DNA from: Meyerozyma guilliermondii
Lineage: Eukaryota
Length of the DNA stretch: 64,000 bases
NCBI GenBank assembly: GCA_051546255.1
Contig: CP128817.1
Coordinates: 1,612,001-1,676,000 of the forward strand
Direction of reading: 5' to 3'
This document shows, in pieces, positions 18,364 to 28,293 of this stretch (position 1 is the stretch's first letter; every line of letters begins with the position of its first letter). The notes beneath the pieces were generated by a model. That model was not told where the DNA came from. It did not search any database and worked only from the letters and a program-made list of their open reading frames with translations. The position numbers and the translations under genes were made by a program.

Positions 18364-21243
18364 CTATTCCTCCTCAACGTAGTCAGGGTTCTTCTTCAAA
18401 ATCACTATTCCTTCCAACGAATGACTCAAAGCAGTGTATTCGTCTGTGCTCTCCAATTCCGCCCGTTCGCCATAGTTTAACAACACCGGCGTCGATTGCG
18501 TCACCCATCCGGTAATGGTCTTGGGTTTACCTGCTTGTCCAACAACATCAACTGCTTGTCCCACGCGAACGTTCACCTTGATTGGGTTTAATTCCTCGTC
18601 CAAAGTTACCAACATTCTTGGCTTAATGGCTGGCGTCAAGTAGTACAATAATTGATGGGTGGTCTCGGTGGTAGAATCGTTTAAGATGAATGATTTGGGA
18701 TCGAGCAATGCAACTGATATAGTCAACAAGGACGCCAACGATACCTTGGATATGTTTGATCTTTGCATGCTGAAGGGCGACAACGAAAGAGTACCCTTAC
18801 CAAGATGCAATATACCTTGGGCAATTCTCACCATGAACAACGAGTCCGCTGATTTGATATAGTATGAAGCCAATTGTCTCAATAATTGAGCCAAACGAGC
18901 ATTATTGGTACCAGCACCCACTAATCCCATGGCATAAATTGCGTTTTGTGCAACTTCCAAGTCAGGATCGTGTGAGTAACGCGATAAGGTGTCAAACACC
19001 TTCATTTGTGGATTGGATGCGGAAACAAGGCCCATAGCAAGTGGAACCGCCCTCTTGATTAAAGCATTGCCGTAATGCATCAAATGGGAGAAATGGCGCA
19101 ACGACATATCCTGGCCAATCTCTTCACCCATGGCAATACACGCAAGTCCCAAAACTGCAAAAGCTTGATACAACTCCCCGTCTTCAGAATCAGGTTCGGT
19201 ATCCTCTTGCTTGTCTTCTTCTTCCTCCTTCTTGGGTGAAGTTGCTTCAGCGTCTTCCATTTCAACATCCATTGATTCCGGTTCAGCATTGGTCGCAGCA
19301 TTAGTCGTACCATCGGTTTCAGTAGCTGTTGCCGCCTCACCGCTCGCTTCTTCCTTCAACTGGTCCTCCTCGCTTTGAGCTAACTTAGCCTCTTCAGCAG
19401 CCGTGTCTTGTTGTTTGGCGGCACACATCTGTAACAAAGACTGTATCTGCAATACATTACCGGTACCAGCGTAAGCACAGATATTGACAAGAACCTTCAA
19501 AGTCTTGCTGATAGGATGTTCAATTGCCTCGATAGTTTCGAGAACATCTTCCACTTGTTCTGTCTTGCCCATATACAACAAACCCAAACCCAATGACATG
19601 AATCTGGTGTATTTGTTGGTTAACTCAGAGACATCGCGCTCCAACAAAGTCTGAAGAATACTGGAAGTAATGTCACCATGGCAAGTACCAACGAAGACAT
19701 GTCCCAACGCCAAAGCAGCCAAACTGGATACTTCAATGGGGACATCAGTGTCCGACACCATAGGCAATAAGAGCCCCATTACATCTTCGTTTGAAGAGCC
19801 AGCGTATGCTATTCCTAAACCATTGATAGCAGCCGTCTGGAACATCTTTGTAGGGTCGGTGACATACTCTTGGAGCAACGCAAAAGCAGCCTCGACATCA
19901 TCATGCACATTAGAAGATACGATACCAATACCCAACAAGGCACCGCCTCGGATTTCGTCATCCACAGAGTAGGTGTAGTCATCCAAGTGCTGGAAACCGT
20001 CGCTGATGTTCCAGCGATGAAGAGCGCCCAAAGATGCGGTGGTGGAAAGCATACCTTGGCCCTTTGTCTTATATATCCACGATTTGCGTGATTCTTCAGT
20101 TTGTATCAATTTGTCGGTTGTATAACCAAAATTGAGGAAAGCATTAACAAACGCCCCGGCCAAGTTTTGCTTGGCGGAATCGATGGACCCAGAGTTGCCC
20201 AAACCGAATTTGGCGTTTTCCAAATGCGATTTGTAGACATCTTCGGGAACCTTTGGGTCGAGCAAATTGAGCTCCTTCACCAAGTACATGAAATAGTCAT
20301 GAAGCTTAACGTTGGAAATACAGCTTTGGATCTCCTCGTTCTCTCCAGGATAGACGAAGCTGCTGTTGTGCTGGGATAACATGAAACTGAGTTGCTTGTG
20401 GACCAATTCGTCGTTTGTAACTTCGAATACCTTGGTTATTAAGTCATTATTGTCGAGCTTGATCGCCAACAGAAGGGCCTGGGTCAACTGGTTGTGTGCC
20501 AAGTATATTGTGTAAGCGGTGTTGAGGAATGAGATGTCATCTGGGGGAGCCAACAATGGTACACAGCTAACCATATAAAGGCACACACGAGCAAATGTGT
20601 TTTCGTCGACATACTCGGGCAACTTGTCTATGCTTTCAATTTCAAGCAACAAGTCGACAGCATCCGCTTCTGCATTGTGCTTAAGGAAGAAAGGGACGAT
20701 TTTTAACGAAAGTTGCACCAAACGATCCACAGAATCGTCTTCCAGACCCAACTGTTCTTGGTACGCCTCGCCGATTTCCAACGCCAAATGACGCATGTAT
20801 TCGTGTCCCCAGTCAGCAATGGTGTCGTCACTGGCCAACAAACGATACTTCAACGAATCCTTCTTGCCATCATCGGAATATGTCATCGCCAACACCGACA
20901 AAACATCGGCAAGTTGGAGCACCAAATTGGAGGATTTGTCACCGGACCATTTATCATAAATCTCCGTCAATAATGGGTAATGAGGCATCAAAAACTTCAA
21001 AGGTTTGGGCACAGCGGTCATTGAAGTGGTGGACTCCTTAATAAACGTTTTTAAGCTGTCAAGATACTTGGAATACAAGTTGTCTTGTTGCCCCGGTTCA
21101 TTCAATCTTTCCACCAACATCTCAAGTTCATCTTTCAAGTGCTGATCTTCCTCCGAGAGTTCTTCCTCATCCTTCTGCTTCTTTTTGTCCTCCTTGGACG
21201 CGGTCAGAACACTGTCTTTGCGTTCGTCCTTGGATGGTGACAT
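18364..21243 (-). CDS. RPN1: 26S proteasome regulatory subunit Rpn1
   Basis: STTSMTAVPKPLKFL; WGHEYMRHLALEI; GTNNARLAQLLRQLASYY; VRVGQAVDVVGQAGKPKTITG. Confidence 0.98.
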   Translation of the reverse strand: MSPSKDERKDSVLTASKEDKKKQKDEEELSEEDQHLKDELEMLVERLNEPGQQDNLYSKYLDSLKTFIKESTTSMTAVPKPLKFLMPHYPLLTEIYDKWSGDKSSNLVLQLADVLSVLAMTYSDDGKKDSLKYRLLASDDTIADWGHEYMRHLALEIGEAYQEQLGLEDDSVDRLVQLSLKIVPFFLKHNAEADAVDLLLEIESIDKLPEYVDENTFARVCLYMVSCVPLLAPPDDISFLNTAYTIYLAHNQLTQALLLAIKLDNNDLITKVFEVTNDELVHKQLSFMLSQHNSSFVYPGENEEIQSCISNVKLHDYFMYLVKELNLLDPKVPEDVYKSHLENAKFGLGNSGSIDSAKQNLAGAFVNAFLNFGYTTDKLIQTEESRKSWIYKTKGQGMLSTTASLGALHRWNISDGFQHLDDYTYSVDDEIRGGALLGIGIVSSNVHDDVEAAFALLQEYVTDPTKMFQTAAINGLGIAYAGSSNEDVMGLLLPMVSDTDVPIEVSSLAALALGHVFVGTCHGDITSSILQTLLERDVSELTNKYTRFMSLGLGLLYMGKTEQVEDVLETIEAIEHPISKTLKVLVNICAYAGTGNVLQIQSLLQMCAAKQQDTAAEEAKLAQSEEDQLKEEASGEAATATETDGTTNAATNAEPESMDVEMEDAEATSPKKEEEEDKQEDTEPDSEDGELYQAFAVLGLACIAMGEEIGQDMSLRHFSHLMHYGNALIKRAVPLAMGLVSASNPQMKVFDTLSRYSHDPDLEVAQNAIYAMGLVGAGTNNARLAQLLRQLASYYIKSADSLFMVRIAQGILHLGKGTLSLSPFSMQRSNISKVSLASLLTISVALLDPKSFILNDSTTETTHQLLYYLTPAIKPRMLVTLDEELNPIKVNVRVGQAVDVVGQAGKPKTITGWVTQSTPVLLNYGERAELESTDEYTALSHSLEGIVILKKNPDYVEEE

Positions 21244-21280
21244 GGCGTTAAGTTAGTCAAGTTCCAATCGTCGGTGCGAA

Positions 21281-21300
21281 AGTGGCAACGGGATCACGTG
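21281..21300 (+). promoter_or_regulatory. PACE-like Rpn4 site (AGTGGCAAC) and E-box CACGTG in the 112-bp RPN1/ECM25 divergent promoter
   Basis: AGTGGCAAC at 21281-21289 (variant of GGTGGCAAA), about 40 nt upstream of a proteasome gene; ATCACGTG at 21293-21300. Confidence 0.55.
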
Positions 21301-21355
21301 CACACTTTAGCTGGTGGGTCGCGCCTAATTTATGTTTACTTGAAATTGTTGATCT

Positions 21356-22909
21356 ATGGATCGGATCTTTTACAACTCAGATGCCCACGACCCCATTTCT
21401 GGGGCTCCCATATACATTTTCGACACCTCCTACCTCCCACCAACGGACTCTATAAATTATGACATGTTTATACCCATGTTGGTTTCACATTTACCTTCGG
21501 AACCATACGTATTGATGATGTTCAGTTGTGGGTTGAACAAGGTAAGTTGGGTTTGGGGGCTCAAATTCCTCAAGTTGTTCTTGGCAGACAACGAGAACAA
21601 CATTCATAAGCTCACAAAGGTGGTAACAGTGCATAATAGTTGGTTTATCAAGTCCCTTACCCAGATCGTTTCCAACTACAATTCTACAAGAAGAAGTATT
21701 TCCTCGGTAAACAAGATCATCGAGACATTCACAGTGGAGCTGCCGTTCAGTATCAAGGAGGGAACGGGGCCAAAAGTGATAAATTGCCGAAATATTTCCG
21801 AATTGAGTCATTATATTGACATCACAAAATTGAAAATTTCACTAAATGTGTACAAGTACGATATGCAACAAGAAAACGCGTTAGTATTGGCTAAAAGGCC
21901 TCGTCAGCTCCTTCATCAGTACACGCGTGTCAACGTCGACACAGATCCTGCATTTTTCCATCATTTTTACCAAATATTCAATATCATCGACACCTATGGC
22001 ACCAGAGCAGAATTGCTCTTCCACAAACCAGGAAACAAGATGAACACTGATATCTTTTTTGCGTGCATTAACAGAGACCAGCACTTCTGGATCAACGACT
22101 GGGACATGTATTGTATAGCAACCGTCTTCAAGAGGTTTCTTGCAGAACTTCCCCAACCGTTGATTCCCGTGAATTTGGTACCTGTACCAATGGCAGATGA
22201 TTGTGACTCCACGTTGGCATTGGTGAAGATATTTATGGACTTTTACGAACCAAAATCAAACTACCACATCATCTTTCTCCAGATATTTGATCTCATGTAC
22301 AGACTAGTGTTGAACACCAAGACAACCAAGCATACTCCACTCACATTGGCCAAATGCATGAGCCACTGTATGAGTCAAGAAATGATATCCCAGAACAACA
22401 GTGCCGGTATTCAAATTGCTGGCCGTACTATTAAGAACGTCATTGACCATTGGCCCAAGATTCGGAATCAATACCGCGGCTTCCAAACTGTGATCCAAAC
22501 TATCATAGGTGCCCAAACAGACGACGGGCACGACGAGTCTTACGAAACCAGTTACGACTTAAGCATGAATGACGAAGGAGATGAAAGTCGAGTAGCGATG
22601 AACACCAGCACAATACTAGATTCAGAAGTTGGATTAGATCCATGTCAAGAAGAAGAAGAAGAGAATTCCAGCGATGCGGCACCACCAACACCACGGAAAC
22701 CTCGACATCTTTCTGACGTATCGAACATTGCCCATCCTCAATTTCCACCACAAAAGTACAAATTCACCACCACGAAAATAGAGCCAAAACCCGAGGAAAT
22801 CACGGTGGTGAACAGTAAAAAGCCGGTTATTCGAGGGCGCAAGGTAGCCCAGTTGGCGTCGTTATTCGAGGAGCGCAACACCGGGTTCAGCATACTCGAG
22901 AACATGTAG
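21356..22909 (+). CDS. ECM25: Ecm25-like protein (CRAL-TRIO/BCH plus RhoGAP-like domain)
   Basis: IYIFDTSYLP...PYVLMMFSCGLNKVSWVWG...VHNSWFIKS; RhoGAP-like IATVFKRFLAELPQPLIP; C-terminal RGRKVAQLASLFEER. Confidence 0.8.
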   Translation: MDRIFYNSDAHDPISGAPIYIFDTSYLPPTDSINYDMFIPMLVSHLPSEPYVLMMFSCGLNKVSWVWGLKFLKLFLADNENNIHKLTKVVTVHNSWFIKSLTQIVSNYNSTRRSISSVNKIIETFTVELPFSIKEGTGPKVINCRNISELSHYIDITKLKISLNVYKYDMQQENALVLAKRPRQLLHQYTRVNVDTDPAFFHHFYQIFNIIDTYGTRAELLFHKPGNKMNTDIFFACINRDQHFWINDWDMYCIATVFKRFLAELPQPLIPVNLVPVPMADDCDSTLALVKIFMDFYEPKSNYHIIFLQIFDLMYRLVLNTKTTKHTPLTLAKCMSHCMSQEMISQNNSAGIQIAGRTIKNVIDHWPKIRNQYRGFQTVIQTIIGAQTDDGHDESYETSYDLSMNDEGDESRVAMNTSTILDSEVGLDPCQEEEEENSSDAAPPTPRKPRHLSDVSNIAHPQFPPQKYKFTTTKIEPKPEEITVVNSKKPVIRGRKVAQLASLFEERNTGFSILENM

Positions 22910-22969
22910 ACAAACATTTTTGGTTAAGAAAGACATAAATTACAACTAATATACATAACGTCATTTCGT

Positions 22970-24163
22970 CTACTCGCCCACCAAGCGACTATCGATATTG
23001 TCCATACCAAGGTCGTCGTGATGGGCATTGGCCACGGCCGCAATCGCAGCGGCAGTGGTGCTGTCACCATTCCCTCCATCCATCAGGTACTGAAGTTGAT
23101 GGTCATCGAGGTGACCATGGTGTTGGTGGTGGCCATGATGATGAGCAGCCAATTGTCTCTGGAGTTCAGCGTCCTGCTGGTGTTGGCGTTGGAGTTCAAA
23201 CTGCAACACCTGGTCGTTAGGAGGATCATTGTCGTCGTCCAAATCCACCTGCTGGAACGAGTTTGCGTTTGTTCTTTTCTTGAATCCACGATTGCTGGCG
23301 TCGTGGGGAGGTCCCTGCAAGTAGCGAGCCTTTTTGAGTTTCCGTTTGTAGCCACGGATCTCGTTATAAATGTCTTCTCGCTTGATCAAGACGTCGGGAA
23401 ATTGTTCTTTGATTTTCGACTCGATGTGCGACGGCTTGGTGCCCACCTTGTACAAGTCCAAAATGAGGAGGTTCAATTCGTCGGACCGTTTACGCAACAT
23501 TGGGTGGTTACTCAACGGATCCAATTGTGGGTGGTTGTGTTCGTTACAAGTGGTTCTAAGTGTCCATACACCAGTAGACTTTTTGTACGAAGCCGTCATG
23601 GAAAAGGGGCACCGCAACTTTTTCGTCTTGGTGGCTGCGTCCATGTACTGATTACTGACTTCGGCTTCGGCACTTTTGCCCTTTTTGTGGCGGTATCGGC
23701 CACCTAATTCGCAAGTATAGTAGATGGCCTTCTTGTTCAGATGCGCAATCACCACTCCAAAACCATTGTCGCGGGCAAATTCATGGATGTAATCGTTAAG
23801 ATCATCACGCGAATGAAACGCTTGTTCAGGGTAAGGTCTGGTGATCAAGTTACCTTCAGCAGTAATAGTGTTTTCCGATACCGGATATATCTTCAGCTTG
23901 GAGTCAACTATAGGTTCTGGAATTTGAATGTTGTATTCCGATGGATCCACACCTTGATAATGGTGGTTCAGAAAGTTCTGCGACTGGCTATGTTGATGGC
24001 TTTGTTGATTTTGTTGTCTTTGAGGATCCATTCGAGCAGCATGAGCAATCTGTTCTAGGTTGACACGAGCGTCAAGATCATGATGATCAATGACTTCTTG
24101 TTTGGCTACACTGAGAAGCTGGTCATCGATGTTGTTAGCATAATCATCATGATGGTGAGACAT
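22970..24163 (-). CDS. RBF1: Rbf1 transcription factor (WRKY-GCM1/FAR1-type zinc domain)
   Basis: EFARDNGFGVVIAH(S)NKKAIYYTCELGGRYR...KTKKLRCPF...CNEHNHPQLDPLSNHPMLRKRS; Q/H-rich flanks. ATG at 24163. Confidence 0.88.
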   Translation of the reverse strand: MSHHHDDYANNIDDQLLSVAKQEVIDHHDLDARVNLEQIAHAARMDPQRQQNQQSHQHSQSQNFLNHHYQGVDPSEYNIQIPEPIVDSKLKIYPVSENTITAEGNLITRPYPEQAFHSRDDLNDYIHEFARDNGFGVVIAHLNKKAIYYTCELGGRYRHKKGKSAEAEVSNQYMDAATKTKKLRCPFSMTASYKKSTGVWTLRTTCNEHNHPQLDPLSNHPMLRKRSDELNLLILDLYKVGTKPSHIESKIKEQFPDVLIKREDIYNEIRGYKRKLKKARYLQGPPHDASNRGFKKRTNANSFQQVDLDDDNDPPNDQVLQFELQRQHQQDAELQRQLAAHHHGHHQHHGHLDDHQLQYLMDGGNGDSTTAAAIAAVANAHHDDLGMDNIDSRLVGE

Positions 24164-24511
24164 TTTGTAGAAGGCACTTCCGGTCGTGTTTGGGGAGTAG
24201 TGTGTTGTCAACGAGGCGTGCGGGAGAAAATTTGCTCGGCGCTGGTGCACGGAGGTAGTGCGAGAACGAGCGGCAGCGAGTTCGAGCACTGGCGGCTGCG
24301 AAAGACGGAAGACAAAAGAAAATAGAATGAGATATAACTATGAAGAGTGTCTCTTTCAGTAAACAAGTAGTATACGAGCAGATGAGAAGAAGATGAGAAT
24401 TTAAGAGTTACAAGAACCAAAATATAATTGTATCCACTGTCTTCGATTAGTCTTCATGTCTATGTATCATACCTCGTTGATGTTTACTTTGTAATGTCTA
24501 CCTCGTGTCTA

Positions 24512-25426
24512 TCAAGTGTCCACCTCATTAATATCAGCCGCCCACCGTGGAAGCACAAACGCCGCCTGGTGCACGGAAGCCGAATAGTACTGGAACAACT
24601 TTTTTTCTTCATCGGCTGCAAAAGTGCGAAGTGGTTGGGTGAGATTAAGGGAAGTATTGTGTGTAGCCACAATCAAACCAAGCTGACCGCTGGTGTAGGA
24701 TGGCATATAGCACTGGCAGTACTTGACGTTTTCGAAAACATGGCGCGACAGCGAAACAAGTTCTTTGAGTTTGTCAATATTGAGCCATACGTTCTCACTG
24801 CTCTGCATTATAACCACCCCGTTTGGACTAAGTGCATTGGAAAGAAGCTCAAAGTAGCTGGTTCGGAAAAACTCCTCGGCAGGACCCTCTGGATCCGACG
24901 AGTCAGTGATTATAACGTCGAATTTACTCTTATTTTCACGCAAGAATTTGAACCCATCGTCAATGACAATATTGACCCGAGGATGGTCATGGAACTTTGC
25001 CATGTGCGGCAAGTACTGAGCCAGCAATTTGATCACCATATCATCGATCTCCACCATAGTAATGGTATCAACACCACGATCCAAATGCTTGACCAACTCT
25101 CTGACTACTCCACAGTCTCCACCTCCAATCACCAACACATTCGAAGGTTTTTCATGAGACATGATGGCAGTGTGGGTAATCAACTCTTGGTATGCAAACT
25201 CGTCCTTCTCGGTGCACTGGATAATGCCATTCAAAACCAACACATTTCCAAACGTCTTGGACTTGAATATGAGAATATCTTGAAACTCAGAGTGCGAATG
25301 GTGCAAAATCTCGTCGACTTCAAGGCAAAATCTTTGACCAGGAAACGATTCTTCTGACTTTTCTTGGAACCAGTACGCCCCGTCGAGCTCCACAATGGCG
25401 GGATGCGATATTTTTTTTGGATCCAT
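24512..25426 (-). CDS. SPE4: Aminopropyltransferase, most like spermine synthase Spe4
   Basis: WFQEKSEESFPGQ...SEFQDILIF...QCTEKDEFAYQE...VLVIGGGDCG...DVIITDSSDPEGPA. Near RMP1, as SPE4 is in S. cerevisiae. Confidence 0.78.
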   Translation of the reverse strand: MDPKKISHPAIVELDGAYWFQEKSEESFPGQRFCLEVDEILHHSHSEFQDILIFKSKTFGNVLVLNGIIQCTEKDEFAYQELITHTAIMSHEKPSNVLVIGGGDCGVVRELVKHLDRGVDTITMVEIDDMVIKLLAQYLPHMAKFHDHPRVNIVIDDGFKFLRENKSKFDVIITDSSDPEGPAEEFFRTSYFELLSNALSPNGVVIMQSSENVWLNIDKLKELVSLSRHVFENVKYCQCYMPSYTSGQLGLIVATHNTSLNLTQPLRTFAADEEKKLFQYYSASVHQAAFVLPRWAADINEVDT

Positions 25427-26148
25427 CTCAACACTGGTAGATTTCCATCTACAAATTTTCGCACCATTGAAAATCCCAAACAGGAAAGATGGCCCGAGAC
25501 TAAAATGAAAAATGAAAAATCACAACATCACAAAAATCAAATGAGCGTAAAACCCTCCAAATTGATCTGTTCCGATTACATCGTACCACCGCGAGACCAA
25601 TTGCTGAAGTTTCCATTTTTCGGTTTTTTTCACATCTTCCCCTTTCCGGTTTTTCACATTTCCCTTTCCAGGCCAATTTCTGACTTACGTAATAGGGCTC
25701 CGATAGTCACCAGATACATCTCCTCGAGTCATTTCTGTTCATTTTCTATTCGGTTTTTATTCGTTTCCCATTCTTATTGTTGAAGAACCCCGGTTCATTT
25801 TCCAACCATTACCCCACAATCGCGACTGCAACCTGCGGTGACATTGCGATTACCCCCCGGAATTGCAGTTCCGAAGGATCTCCGCGGCCAAAAAAAAAGC
25901 CCCCACACCAATCGTGTGAGCGCCAAGAAAAAAGAAAAGAATCTCAAATTTGATCACCGTTTGCTACCTATTGAATTAATATTCGGCACACCCATCCGTT
26001 TTAAGTGATTTTTCAACACACTTCGCGTATCCTTAAACTCCTACAAACTCATAGGGCTCACTAGAAATCTCTATAGGACCATTTTTATTTGCCATCTTTC
26101 AACCGCGTGACTTACCAACTTTGCTCCTGTTTTGATTATCAAACTAGA

Positions 26149-27465
26149 ATGTCCCCACCAAAGCTTTTAGCCAGGGTCCAAACGGTGCTCAACGCAGTGT
26201 TACCGGCACCTATTGCTTCGGCGTGTTCCATATTAGTACAGCTTGTGATAGTGGTGCTTATTCCATACTTGTTCGATGACAAACTTGTACACCCTGTTAA
26301 TGAAAACGTTACCTTTGAAAAGCCACTGGAATCCAAGATCTTTCCCACCATCAGCAATCAAACTATCGACAACACTCAAAACACCTCCAACCCACAACAG
26401 TGTTCGACTGGCCTCACCACAAGATTACTTCCTTTCAAAAACAAAAAGGGTGAAATAGAATGGGCATTTACCGACGATGGACCCGAGGGAGATGAGCTTG
26501 ATGTTTTCAAGATACCTTCCGGGGACAAGAAGAATAGCTTCGGAAGCTTGTCTGGGAATGAGGACGACCTGTCCAAAGAAGATCTTTCACCCACGATTTC
26601 CAATTCGTCTAATAGCGACTCGATTCTCTCGGGTGATAAAAAGCTCAAATTGAAAGGCGAAACGCCAGGAACTTTGCCCTCCAGCCCAGAATCCTCCCAC
26701 GAAAAAGAAGGTGAAAACGTTTTGTACCATTGTCCAGATTGTGAACGTACATTCAAATTGAAGGGCTACTTGACTAGACACATGAAGAAACACGCCCAGA
26801 CAAAGGCGTACCACTGTCCTTTCCACGAGGCTAGCATCTACATCGACGAGGCCAATGTAACGCATAGATGTCATCCTACTGGTGACTTTTCCAGAAGAGA
26901 TACATACAAGACCCACTTAAAGTCGAGGCATTTTGTTTACCCTGATGGACTCCGCGCCAAAGAACGCCGTTCAAGTGCCGGAAGATGCTCCATGTGTGGA
27001 GAGCACTTTGAAAACAGTGAATTATGGAGTGAAATTCACATAGAAGGTGCTGAATGCAGATACCTCCCCGCTGGATTCACCGGTAAATCACGCATAAAGA
27101 GAAGAATCGATAAAGAGTTAAGACAAGCCAACAAAGACAGATCATTCCATAATGGAACTCCCACTTCATCGGCTACCGCCTCTACTCCACAGACATCTGG
27201 CTTTACTGAATCTCCAACATCGTCAGTAACCTCTAGTGTTCAAAGTGGAACTTCACATTTGCATATGAGAGACTTTTCTTCTGGATCTCCCTCGTACTAC
27301 CCAGGACGTTCGGTGTCGCCTCTACAGCACCTGTTTATTGCACATTCGCCGATGCAGCAAGAAGACGGAGAAGAGTATGACGATGAGTACTGTTTGGACG
27401 TCGACCAGTTGGATCTTCCGCGCGATTGGTTTCTCCACAACGGACGCCAAGCACAGCATGCGTAA
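26149..27465 (+). CDS. Stp1/Stp2-family C2H2 transcription factor (SPS amino-acid sensing)
   Basis: CPDCERTFKLKGYLTRHMKKHAQTKAYHCPF...RCHPTGDFSRRDTYKTHLKSRHFVYP...CSMCGEHF...HIE. ATG at 26149. Confidence 0.9.
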   Translation: MSPPKLLARVQTVLNAVLPAPIASACSILVQLVIVVLIPYLFDDKLVHPVNENVTFEKPLESKIFPTISNQTIDNTQNTSNPQQCSTGLTTRLLPFKNKKGEIEWAFTDDGPEGDELDVFKIPSGDKKNSFGSLSGNEDDLSKEDLSPTISNSSNSDSILSGDKKLKLKGETPGTLPSSPESSHEKEGENVLYHCPDCERTFKLKGYLTRHMKKHAQTKAYHCPFHEASIYIDEANVTHRCHPTGDFSRRDTYKTHLKSRHFVYPDGLRAKERRSSAGRCSMCGEHFENSELWSEIHIEGAECRYLPAGFTGKSRIKRRIDKELRQANKDRSFHNGTPTSSATASTPQTSGFTESPTSSVTSSVQSGTSHLHMRDFSSGSPSYYPGRSVSPLQHLFIAHSPMQQEDGEEYDDEYCLDVDQLDLPRDWFLHNGRQAQHA

Positions 27466-27540
27466 CGTGTAGCAGCGGCAATGATGATTAATGATTGTAT
27501 ATTAGTGTAAAGGAATGGACAAATTATACTTTGTGAAACT

Positions 27541-28227
27541 CTAAAAGCCAAAGATGTCATCAATAGCGCTCTTGGCTTTCTTTTTCTTCTTGGGTTTGCC
27601 TGATTTAGACTCTTTGGTTCGCTTGCGCTCATTGGGCACTTCTCGTCGTAAATCCTTGTTTTCGCTGTGTTCATTGTTCGGTTCCAGTTTTGGAGCTTCA
27701 TTTTTCACTTTCATCTTTTCCTCTTTCACATCATTTTTCACTTTCGTCTCTGGTTCAATTTCCTCGCCAATTTCATCCAAATTGCCGTGGGTTTCACCAA
27801 TTGCTTGGGCTTCAACATTGGCTTGGTGGATACTGTCTACACCATTAATTTCCAAAACCAATGTTCGGACCCTCGCAAGCATTGCTATCAATGCGAACCC
27901 GAGAGCGATAAATTGGCCCAATGCCAATATTGTATTTAGCTCAAAGTACACCTTGGTAAATATTCTCCGCAGTAGCAAGTAGGTACATATTTCTAGTATC
28001 TTGTTGTGGATCGTTGACGCTTTTTTGGGCATAGACTGCAATTTATCGAAAAGTTGCAACAACTTCAGAACATTGCGTTTAAGTATATTGAAATATCTCC
28101 ACCACCGTGCCTGCCGATGCTGATTGAGGTTTCTGTGGTAAGTTAGCTGCATCAATTGGTACTCGTTTCGTAGAGAATCGACGCTCTGCTGAGGTAAAAT
28201 GGTACCCATATTTGGTTCCACTGACAT
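27541..28227 (-). CDS. RMP1: RNase MRP subunit Rmp1
   Basis: EYQLMQLTYHRNLNQHRQARWWRYFNILKR; LGQFIALGFALIAMLARV; C-terminal KKKKKAKSAIDDIFG. Confidence 0.9.
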   Translation of the reverse strand: MSVEPNMGTILPQQSVDSLRNEYQLMQLTYHRNLNQHRQARWWRYFNILKRNVLKLLQLFDKLQSMPKKASTIHNKILEICTYLLLRRIFTKVYFELNTILALGQFIALGFALIAMLARVRTLVLEINGVDSIHQANVEAQAIGETHGNLDEIGEEIEPETKVKNDVKEEKMKVKNEAPKLEPNNEHSENKDLRREVPNERKRTKESKSGKPKKKKKAKSAIDDIFGF

Positions 28228-28231
28228 CTAC

Positions 28232-28260
28232 CTCATCTCATCGCATGTCGCGAAAAATTG
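28232..28260. promoter_or_regulatory. Tandem PAC plus RRPE-like elements in the 66-bp RMP1/ACL4 bidirectional promoter
   Basis: CTCATCTCATCGC (GCGATGAGATGAG on minus) at 28232-28244; GAAAAATT at 28252-28259. Confidence 0.7.
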
Positions 28261-28293
28261 TGGATGCGAATTGAGAATCGAAATAGTAGTAGA

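Noticed and set aside
24428..25357. 309-aa plus-strand ORF
   Set aside because: Antisense shadow of SPE4 with no domain features; the same applies to 846..1460, 14674..15315 and 23018..23707.
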